Part shown: piece after piece, positions 53,308 through 64,000 of the stretch
How positions within the stretch are numbered: position 1 is the first letter of the stretch
Layout of the letters: every line of letters starts with the position of its first letter
DNA from: Eledone cirrhosa
Lineage: Eukaryota
Assembly (NCBI GenBank): GCA_964016885.1
Contig: OZ024741.1
Coordinates: 118,730,001 to 118,794,000 of the forward strand
Length of the DNA stretch: 64,000 nt
Direction of reading: 5' to 3'
Notes under the pieces: generated by a model
The model's database searches: none
Told to the model about the DNA's origin: nothing
Seen by the model: the letters and a program-made list of their open reading frames with translations, nothing else
Made by a program: the position numbers and the translations under genes

Positions 53308-54933
53308 CTCTCTCTCTCTCTGTCATATTCGCTCCTTCTTCGGAAGAAATCGGCTGTGTTCAGACCATGAAGGGAATGTGCCCCGGTAGGTTTAAATGGT
53401 CAAGGTACGCCGTATGTCCGGAAATCACCTCAATGCCTCCATCTGGATTTCCGAGCACATGGATGGACGGTTAACATAACAAGTTAATTATTCATTGTCT
53501 GACGTTAGACAGAACGAGTTTCATCAGAATTTATATCAACTCTCCTGTTGCCACTTGGAGTGGACATTTAAATGGCTGAGCATTCCACAGATACGAGTGT
53601 CTTTAACCTAATTTTCAGGCTGGCCCTTTGAATTACATGTAAGAGTTCATCCGAATAACTTCCAAAGTTATCTATTAAATTTCACATACATGACATGGTT
53701 TGATTCGAGCCTACGGTAAATGATACTTGCTCAAGATGTTACGCAGTCAGATAGAACCCGAAACCTTCAACTATGCTGTGTTCGCTGTTAACTCTTACTT
53801 CTTCATTCGCTAACATGACACTTCTTCCTTCCTCGCTTCCTTCTTTCTTTCAAAGGTTCCGGTAAAATCAGCGAGAATTTGTGACTGCTACAAATAGTAA
53901 TTTACTGACTCTACAAACCAGTCGATACAGCAATCTTTCACTAATGAATCAATGAATCTGTAATGATAATTACATTATTTAGATGTAAAAAAATGTTAAA
54001 GTAATTTTCCAGGAAATTCTAATTTTATTTTGTGAGCGTGTGTGTGCGTCTTTGAAATTACAAGCATAGATTGCACTATATCAATGCCAAGCGTAAATAA
54101 AAAAACAAACAAACAAACAAAAAAACAACTGTATTTTTCTTTGTTTTTTCCAGCTTCGTTTTTTTATTTTTAAGGGAGACAACCAAGACATTGTAATGCA
54201 TTTTACCAATAATGTATGGACTCATAACTTCTGTTGTAGTGATAGGTACGCCGTAGTGACATACATTGTGTCTTCGATATTTTTGTTAGACTTTATTTCA
54301 TCGACCTCGAATGGTTGAAAGGCAAAGTTGATCTCCGTGAGATTTGAACTCAGAGCGCAGAGAGTCGGAACGAATACTGCAAAGCATTATATCCAACGTT
54401 CTAATGACTCCACCACTTCACCGCCCTCACAATAACACCATCACGCAATATATAATTGGGTTCAATTGTGACTCTATAATGGTTTCTGATTTTGACACAA
54501 GGCCAGCAGTTTTGGAAGGCGGGTGTAAGTCGATTATATTGACCTCACTGTTTGACTGGTTCGGCGCCGGAAGGAGGACGGGCAAAGTTAACTTCGGCGG
54601 TATTTGAACTCAGAACATAAAGATTTAGAACGAATACTTTCAAGCATTCTCTAACCGACATCATAATGATTCTGTCAATCCAGTACCCTCGATCATGACT
54701 CTATAATGATAATTACGTTCATTAAAATCTTATTAATTTTCGAGGAAATGTTTTATTTTATATCATGTAAGAGTGTGAATGTTTGACAGAAACTTTTGAA
54801 GCATAGATTGATACAGTTTAGTAATGTCACGCGTAAAGGAAAACAAACAGGACAAAAACCAAAACAACTTTGTTTGATATACATACATACATACATACAT
54901 ACATGCATACATACACACACACACACACACACA

Positions 54934-54982
<49 letters not shown>

Positions 54983-54983
54983 T

Positions 54984-55030
<47 letters not shown>

Positions 55031-55889
55031 TGTTTTCCTAGCTTCGCTTATTTTTCTTTTTTCCCCCCCCACGAAAATGTCAGTTATCAAATTACTTCAA
55101 TATGGCGGATTAAAATTATTGTTTACGTAGGAAGTGAAAGGACATATATATTAACAAATCAAAATCAAAATAAAAACCAACAACAGCATCACCAACAACT
55201 ACATTTAGTTTAGACAAGATATTGCAGCGATTCACAAATGATTCATTTCCTATAAATGAATAAAATAAATAAATAAATAATACGAAACCGTCAAACAGAA
55301 ATGATAAAACAACCATCTTGGAAAATATTTTTGATGTTTTTTCTCTTATATTTTTATTACAAGTAACATATTGTTTTATTGTTGTTATTTAGGATAGTGT
55401 TGTTATGATATTTTTTGTGTTTGTGTTTGATTTTTTTTTTTTTTTTAAATTATTTGATGTCTTGTCATGCACCACATGCTAACTTTCCTTGGTTTGACAG
55501 TGATTCTAAACAGAGACAGAACTACGTTGTTAGTTCAAGAGAACAGTCATTGGTTTTAGCCATACAGTCCACCACTTTTGTACGGAATGGAATAAATGAA
55601 CTTCCTTCGGTTTCGACGAAGACTGTTCCATTTGCTCGGTTAACAGAACAGTTTGCTCATGAAATTAAAGTATAAAACGCTAACCATTCCATAGATACGT
55701 GTATGCTTAATATAATTCTTATTGGGATTCAGCGTGATAGAGTGTGATGTGACATACCCTTTAAATTACAAGTACAGTCCATCCTAGTGTTTCTTTCCAT
55801 TTAGATTCTGTCAACCCAATTTCACTCCTAAAACGTATGGTGGACCATAAACTTTGCCTCGTGAATTTGCCGAATCTTATTCTGAAGAA

Positions 55890-56410
55890 GGTTGTGGTAT
55901 CACTAGTATAATGTACAGTATAGTATAGTAGTTAGTATTAGTGGTTATGGTTATGGTATCACTGGTGTAATGTATAATACAGTATAGTAGTTAGTATTAA
56001 TGGTTACGATTGTAGTGTCACTGGTATAATGTACAGTATAGTATAGTAGTTAGTATTAGTGGTTATGGTCTATAGTACAATATAGTATAGTAGTTACTAT
56101 TAGTTAGTACAAGATAGTATAGTAGTTAGTATTAGTGGCTATGGTTATGGTTGTCACAGTACAGCATAGTATAGTAGTTAATATTAGTGGTTAAGGTTGT
56201 AGTATCACTGGTATAATGTACAGTATAGTAGATAGTATTAGTGGTTATAATTGTGGTATTACTGGTATAATGTACAGTATAGTATAGTAGTTAGTATTTG
56301 TGGTTATGGTTATGGTATCGCTGGTCTCTATAGTACAATATAGTAGTTAGTATTGTGGTATTACTTGTATAATGTACAGTATAGTATAGTAGTTAGTATT
56401 TGTGGTTATG
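55890..56410. repeat. Approximately 60-bp degenerate minisatellite
   Basis: Unit GGTATCACTGGTATAATGTACAGTATAGTATAGTAGTTAGTATTAGTGGTTATG. Confidence 0.85.
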
Positions 56411-56975
56411 GGGGGCGTCGATTATATCCCTCAATATTTCATTGGTTCTTTATTTCATCGACTCTGAAAGTAAAATAAAAAAACAGAGTTGACCACAGCG
56501 GGATTTGAATTCAGAGTGTAAAGAGTCAGAACAAATACCTCAAAGCATGTTGTCCGACGCTCTACCGATTCAGCTAATCCACCGCCCTCATAAAAATAAT
56601 AATGATTTTTATAGTTGGCACAAGGTCAGCAATTTGAAGGGAAAAAGGAAAGTCAATTAAATCAACCACAGAGCGTCAGTGGTGCTTCATATTATCCGAA
56701 AGAATGAAAGGCAAATCTAATTTTGGTGGGATTTAAAATTAGAACGTAAAGGGTCGTAACTCTATTTCACAAAGCCTGTTGTCCGACGCTCTACCAATTC
56801 TGCCAATCCACCACCCTTATAATAATAAGGCTAGCAATTTGAAGAGCGGAGAGATAGTCGATTAATTTGACTAGTACATTATTCTTTCGACCCGCAAAAA
56901 ATAAAAGGCAAAGCTAACCATGACGGGATTTGAACTCATAACGTAAAGGCATTTCCCATCATTCTGCGAATCCAA
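56410..56975 (-). mobile_element. Tandem SINE family A copies
   Basis: Repeated minus-strand SINE bodies. Confidence 0.75.
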
Positions 56976-57312
56976 TAATATTGGAAATAACTGCAATTAA
57001 TTAGGTCAAACAATTAGGTTAATGTGTAATAAAATATACATCGGCAATAGAAAACGGTGTAATCCAACATTTCTGTCATCGATTTTCACACTGGTTGCTA
57101 AATAAATTGATTAAGAAAACGAGACGACCAATAAAGCCTTATGCTACGTAAATATATGTTTTTATAACAGTATTAAAAATATGGCGGGCTTTATTGACAA
57201 TAGATCTCGTTTCAGAAATATTTTCTTAAGCGATCCAATTCATTGATTCTTTTATACATACATACGTATATACTTACATAGCATTTATAAATACATACAA
57301 ATGTATATATGT

Positions 57313-57365
<53 letters not shown>

Positions 57366-57400
57366 GCATACATACATGTATTTATAGATACCCGTATATG

Positions 57401-57467
<67 letters not shown>

Positions 57468-57566
57468 TCGGGTATATGCATTTAAATGTTTAAATTGATA
57501 TATACATAAAATATTTCAATAAACGTACATACGGCTAGAAATTATATAGTTTTTGAGTATTCAATG

Positions 57567-57601
<35 letters not shown>

Positions 57602-57603
<2 letters not shown>

Positions 57604-57724
57604 CGAAGGAGGTGTGGTAAGGAACCAGATGGGCCATAACGTACCAGAGTACTCAATACTTAGGCTAGTAGAGTGGGTAATAGGAAAATGTTTAACCGCT
57701 CTGCCGCCGGGGTTAAACATTTTC

Positions 57725-57757
<33 letters not shown>

Positions 57758-57856
57758 GCGGTTAAACATTTTCCTATTACCCACTCTACTACCCTAAGTA
57801 TTGAGTACTCTGGTACGTTATGGTCCATCTGGTTCCTTACCACACCTCCTTCGTTA
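57602..57856. mobile_element. Two opposed copies of the snap-back mini-element tail
   Basis: 57602-57701 is inverted against 57754-57856 across a (TA)n tract. A short hairpin lies at 57680-57726. Confidence 0.75.
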
Positions 57857-57857
57857 T

Positions 57858-57894
<37 letters not shown>

Positions 57895-58272
57895 AAATTG
57901 AATATAAAAGAGAGATAAACACAGATATAAACATACATGTGTTCAAATTGTGTTTATCTCTCTTTTATATTCAATTATATGACACGGCTCAGAAAAACTT
58001 CTTTTTTTGAGCTATTTAATTGTAAGATACTATTTTGAGTTTCTAACTCAATATATTGCGTCGTATCTTTTATCATAGCCTCAGGCCACTCCATGCCTTG
58101 TGAGTGAAATTGGGTTGACGGGAACTGTTTGGAAGCCTGTTGAATTCACTGCATCTGTAATTCAAATGACCAGCTTTGTCACCCTGAATCTAGCCTGGGA
58201 ATTAGGTCAGGAGTACTCGTTTCTGTGGATTGCTCAGCCACATTAATTTCGTGGTCTATTCTAATATTTGCA

Positions 58273-58365
<93 letters not shown>

Positions 58366-58464
58366 TATACATATTTGAAAGAGTTGGGACCTCGGCGGCT
58401 GAGCTGTTACCGTTTCAACAGCTAGTTCCGAACGAAGTATATATATATATATATATATATATAT

Positions 58465-59307
58465 TACATTCATTTAATTTATTGATTTATTGATTTTTTA
58501 TCTGAGTGTCCCGAATCTTCCGGATCACAAATTTTCGATCGTGCGGTTGATTATAGACTTGTTCTGTGTGTGACGGTATTTTAACGATAGTTATAGCTCT
58601 GATTTATCTAAATTATGGAGCACTCTGCCGCTCATATCGAATTTTGTTTATCGTGAACTCGTGCGCCGATTTTTCGATACTCGATTATTCTACTATATTT
58701 AGCTCTAGACCTAGCTATTGACCAGTTAATTTTATTGTTCATTTTTTGTCGATTCTATTAAATGATGAATAGCTCCTGTTTATTTTAACATGTCTATTGA
58801 GCACTCTTATTCGATATGTGTATTTCCACATTTTCCCGAATATTTTTCGCGGATGTAGAGGTTATCTCCCTTGCCGAATTCCATCATGCGTATTTAGCTT
58901 GGGTTATGCCATTTCATTCGTTTGGACAAAGCTCGTTGATGAAGTAAATTTTCCTGTCCACTGATATCTAGAAGTCTTATATATTTTTATGTGAGCTGAT
59001 AGAGAACAGTTTAAGGATTTACAGAAACCCAAGAAGCTAGATTTAACATCTTCCTAGCGGGTCCGGGTATGCTTTTTACATTCATTTAATTTATTGATTT
59101 ATTGATTTTTTATCTGAGTGTCCCGAATCTTCCGGATCGCAAATTTTCGATCGTGCGGTTGATTATAGACTTGTTCTGTGTGTGACGGTATTTTAACGAT
59201 AGTTATAGCTCTGATTTATCTAAATTATGGAGCACTCTGCCGCTCATATCGAATTTTGTTTATCGTGAACTCGTGCGCCGATTTTTCGATACTCGATTAT
59301 TCTACTA
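58465..59307. repeat. Approximately 240-bp near-identical direct repeats flanking about 375 bp, inserted in (TA)n
   Basis: 58465-58697 is similar to 59077-59309. Confidence 0.85.
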
Positions 59308-59579
59308 TATATATATATATATATATATATTATGTGCGCGTGTGTGTGTGTGTGTTAAAACGTTAGAGTATGTCCCAAGCCCAGAGCCTCGTGCAGCCAG
59401 ATCCGTCCATGGTTTCATTGGTGTTAAACGACTGTATGCTACAAGAAACATGATGGAAATACTTATAGGAGCTACTCGGCCATATTTACGTGCTATGTAT
59501 TTTTAGCAGAAAAAGTGTTTTTATAGGTAAATAGGTCGGTATTATTACTATAATTCATTGTTTTTTGTTTTTATTACTA

Positions 59580-60125
59580 ATTTGGTGGATTGGCAGTATC
59601 GGCAGAAGATCGGACACTATGCTTTGCTACATAGAGTTACGCCCCTTTACGGTCTGAGTTCAAATCCCGCCGAAGTTAACTTTGCCTTTCATCCTTACTG
59701 GGTCGATAAAATAAAGCACCAGTAATGCACTCTGGGTAATTGCTGGCCTTGTGCCAAAAGTAGAAACACTTATTAATTTAAGTGTGGTAGATTGGCATTG
59801 AGGGTAGAACGTTAGAACATCGGTCAACATACTTTGTGAACGAGTTTCAAATCCCGCCAGCTTAGCTTTGCCTTTCATCCTTACGTGGTCGATAAAATAA
59901 AGTACCAGAAACTCACTGGGGTCGATTTAATCGACTTTTCCCTCCCTTAAAATTGCTGGCCTTGTGCGTATATAAGAAACCATTATTTGAGTTCAAATCA
60001 CACCAGGGTTAGTTTTCCCTTTCATCCTTATGCTGTCGATAAAATAAAGTAACCCATTCGAATCGGTTTAATCGACTTTTCCCTCCCCACAAAATTCTTG
60101 GCCCTGTGCCTAAATCAGAAACTAT
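59580..60125 (+). mobile_element. Tandem array of SINE family A
   Basis: Three repeated SINE bodies. Confidence 0.8.
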
Positions 60126-60758
60126 TATTAATTTAGAGTCCAATGTAATATTCACTCGAAAGTACTATTCGTGTAACAGTTGACCTAAAAACATTCTTAA
60201 TGATTGGACTTTTACATGAATATATATACATATACATCATATATATATTTAGATATACATACATATGATATAAATATATATAGATATACATATATATATA
60301 CATATATATACATATAAAAGTGGATGAATACCTCAACAGGTACAATGTACTTGTAGAAATATGCAAGTTGTTTATAATACATGTGGTTCAATGGTACTAA
60401 TTCAAGATGCCAGAACAATATAAAAAGTAGCGAAGCAAGCGGTTATTAAACAATTTTCTAAATAAATTAAAAAACGATTCAAATAATCACCTGTTCCATT
60501 GCTGTTACCGACGGTTTCATCATTCCAAAAGATTGGAAATCCAGAGAATTTCCAATGGAAAGAAATAAATCTTCAGACAGCCTATTTCCACACCATAAGG
60601 TTGCAAGCCCCATAGTAAGTAAATATGTTGCTTCCTGCCCAACGCATGCGGTCAAGCCGTTAAAATGACACACACGCAAAATCAGGTCGCAGATAATAGC
60701 TGTATATATACATATATACATTTATATACATATATACACACATACGTATATACACGCT

Positions 60759-60848
<90 letters not shown>

Positions 60849-61609
60849 TGTATATATATATACGTATATATACATATGCACACACACACGCACATACACA
60901 CATATATATATACATATATATACACACATATATGTATATATATATATATAAGTGTATATACATATGCACACACCCATACACACAAAACACACACACAAAA
61001 CACACACACACATACACACACTGACAGACACACACACACACATACACACAGACACATATATACCCGTCAGGTTTCTGCTCAGTTTGCGTCGATCAAATTT
61101 TGTCACGAAACTATAATAGAAAATACATGTAGAGGTGCCAAGCAATCAGACCGAACCCTAAACAATATTATTTGCGGGCGAAGTTTTTAACCACACTGCC
61201 ATGCTTGCATCCATATGACCATGACCATAGAGTCTTCAACTCCTGAAGGAGTCGTAGGGGCACCAGCATGGCATACGGTATGTTGTGGACATTTAAAACT
61301 AGTGGACCTCATCACTATCCAGGTCTGAACACACCCGATTTCTTCCAGAAAAAGGTGAGACTAAGAGAGGAGTGAGATATAGAGGACGAATGACATCAAC
61401 ATTGAACTAGTACTTTATTTATTGACGTCTAAAGGATGGAAGGCAAAGTTGATCTCGGTGGGATTTCATCTCGGTGCGCAGAGAGCTGGAACAAATACTG
61501 CAAAGCATTCTATCTGACGTTCTCGTGATTCTTCAGCTTTATCGCATCTGCCCATATTAGGAAAAACTTACACACACACGAACAAACACCCATCCACAGC
61601 CACATATAT

Positions 61610-61659
<50 letters not shown>

Positions 61660-61744
61660 GGAAAATTTGAACAGGAACAAAACAGAGAGGCAGTACAACG
61701 AATGTTTATTAATTTCACGCTCTTGAGAGTGGGGTGGTGGTGGG

Positions 61745-61780
61745 GAACGACGTTTCGGGCATAAGCCCTTCTTCAGGTGA
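61745..61780 (-). ncRNA. Minimal type I hammerhead, canonical core with GUC site, in a PLE 3' UTR (61657-62250)
   Basis: CAC CTGAAGA A GGGC-TTAT-GCCC GAAAC GTC GTT, with palindromic helix III ACGT. Confidence 0.8.
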
Positions 61781-62274
61781 AAAGTGTGTGGGAAGAGAGT
61801 TCAAAGGGTGTGTAGGGGAGTGGTGGAGAGACATATAGCGAAAAGGGGGTGGGAGGAAACGGTGCGAATGAAATTAAAAATAAAAGCATGATCAAAATAA
61901 AATAAAATTAAAATGGGGTAAAACAGGTGGTGGCAGGGTGTGGGGCGTGTAGGGGTGGTGGCGGGTGGAGTGGGGAGAGGGAGACGGGGTGTCCGAGCGG
62001 GGAGGGCTGTAGGTGTACGTGTGTGTGTGTGTGTGTGTATGTGAAAGCAAGGGTTGGGGGAAGAACGGGGTTGCATGTTCAGGAAGAGGTGTGTGTGGGG
62101 TGGGGTGTAGGTCGGAGTGTGCGTGCGTGTGTGGATAGAGGGGTGGGGGGAGAGGAATCCGGAGGCTGAAGGTGTAAATATGTGGTGGAAAGCACGTGTG
62201 TGTGGGGTTTAAGCCTGTTGTGGGTGTAGGTGGCGTGTGGGAAAAAAAAATATATATATATATATTATATATAT

Positions 62275-62501
62275 AAGGAAGGAGATGTGGTAAGGAACCA
62301 GGTGGACCATAACGGACCAAAGTACTCAATACTTAGGGTAGTAGAGTGGGTAATTTGAACGAGTAGGACCCCGACGGCTGAGCTCAAGCCGTTTCGACTG
62401 CTAATTCTGGACTAAAAAAAAATAAAAATTTTTTTTTTTTTTTTTAGTCCAGATTTAGCAGTCGAAACGGCTTGAGCTCAGCCGTCGGGGTCCTACTCGT
62501 T

Positions 62502-62503
<2 letters not shown>
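62275..62503 (-). mobile_element. Snap-back mini-element (HHR 3'-half hairpin plus tail)
   Basis: Palindrome at 62357-62502 with an A-run/T-run centre; same tail as 9372. Confidence 0.75.
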
Positions 62504-62534
<31 letters not shown>

Positions 62535-62540
<6 letters not shown>

Positions 62541-62740
62541 GTCAGGACCGCGACGGCTGAGCTCCTGCTGTTTCAACAGCTAGATCCGAACTCGGATCTA
62601 GCTGTCGGATCTAGCTATTGAAACGGCCGGAGCTCAGCCGTCGCGGTCCTGGCTCTTTTCCTATTACCCACTCTACTACCCTAAGTATCGAGTACTCTGG
62701 TACGTTATGGTTCACATGGTATCTTACCACACCTTCTTTG

Positions 62741-62742
<2 letters not shown>
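62535..62742 (+). mobile_element. Snap-back mini-element, second subfamily
   Basis: Palindrome at 62536-62660 plus conserved tail. Partial relatives at 24390-24453 and 58377-58432. Confidence 0.75.
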
Positions 62743-62827
<85 letters not shown>

Positions 62828-62979
62828 AAATACGTAGTTAAGAAAGCCACAACAATGCAGAGGGAAATCTCGAGGTAGGAAGTGAATGATAGATAGGAGA
62901 AACAGGAGAAAGTGAAAATTGAGAGAGACAAAGATGAAAACAAAACAAAGATAGAAGGGTTACCGTAGTGGAGATTTAA

Positions 62980-63015
62980 TCCCAATATTTCGGGCTCACG
63001 CCCATCAACGGGGGA
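62980..63015 (-). ncRNA. Variant minimal hammerhead, core CCGUUGA, in PLE tail 62828-63092
   Basis: TCCC CCGTTGA T GGGC-GTGA-GCCC GAAAT ATT GGGA. Confidence 0.6.
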
Positions 63016-63090
63016 AAGTTCCAAAAGGGGGGGGGGGGGGGGAACAGGCCAAGCGGAGAAAGTTGTGATGTCGTTAAGACAGGAATGCCG

Positions 63091-63154
<64 letters not shown>

Positions 63155-63375
63155 CGTTTCTGAATTTGTTTAGCAAGATTCTTTATCTGAAATCGTGTGT
63201 TGAAACCGATATTGTTATACTTTGGGAGGGTCATGTTGCCAATAAGAAACACACGCACCAGTTGCTTTCACTTCAATTTATTATATATTTATAAATTTAT
63301 AAATTTACAAATCTACAAACTTATAAATTTCTGGTTGGTTGGTTGGTTCCACAACCAGATAGTTGTTTATATATA

Positions 63376-63418
63376 GTCATAGTCCTTTCGTCACACACTC
63401 TGTGACCTCTTCAGTGAT
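63376..63418 (-). ncRNA. Minimal type I hammerhead in PLE tail 63152-63485
   Basis: TCA CTGAAGA G GTCACA-GAGTG-TGTGAC GAAAG GA CTA TGAC. Confidence 0.78.
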
Positions 63419-63674
63419 TGGGGATTCCTTTCTTTGTTTCTGTGCCTTTCCTTTCTTCTATCCTACGCCATTTTGTTTCTGTGTATATATATATATATAT
63501 GACCCTTTTAATTCATACTATGGCTTTCATATCATCAGACATAACGGGTTCTGAATAAATTACCATTTGTTAGATGTGTATATAAAAGAGATAGTGCTGT
63601 CTTCCATCTATTACCTTCATAATAACTTGCCTGCATAAATCAGGAATCAGGACCCATTGCAGATATTGCTTTCT

Positions 63675-63719
63675 TTCTCTCTCTCTCTCTCTCTCTCTCC
63701 CTCTCTCTCTCTCTCTCTA

Positions 63720-63814
<95 letters not shown>

Positions 63815-63872
63815 CTCTACCTCTATCTCTCTCTCTCTCTCGCTCGCTCTCTCTCTCTACCCCTCTCTCTCT

Positions 63873-63942
<70 letters not shown>
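63675..63942. repeat. (CT)n plus (TA)n microsatellite
   Basis: Directly visible. Confidence 0.95.
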
Positions 63943-63945
<3 letters not shown>

Positions 63946-64000
63946 CGAATATATAATAAAATGATATCAATTGACATATATGCAAAACATCTGCAAGATA

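Noticed and set aside
60479-60721. Possible host exon on the minus strand ending at CAG|GTGATT
   Set aside because: No recognisable protein and no plausible partner exon; the region resembles the repeat-derived 35430-35745.

Overview
AT-rich, gene-poor eukaryotic genomic DNA. The microsatellite density and SINE families suggest a cephalopod/octopus-like mollusc; this is inference from recalled repeat families, not a database hit. I found no supportable host protein-coding exon, and nearly all ORFs in the track are microsatellite translations. The window is a mosaic of: tRNA-type SINE arrays; RTE, CR1-like and RLE LINE fragments; a non-autonomous Helitron; hAT and Tc1/mariner MITEs; and many Penelope-like element (PLE) remnants lying in (TA)n tracts. 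The main unexplained signal is about 20 type-I hammerhead-ribozyme (HHR) folds, hand-folded, from about 10 sequence families. Several have family-conserved non-canonical cores: a U3-A8 swap, A4, C[A/C]GUUGA, or a U.U pair closing helix II. Most sit in fold-back insertions whose inversion points fall on ribozyme helix II or at the predicted cleavage site. A second theme is RTE-related elements nesting in (TATG)n tails, with twin-priming-type inversions and an approximately 605-bp bipartite non-autonomous family.
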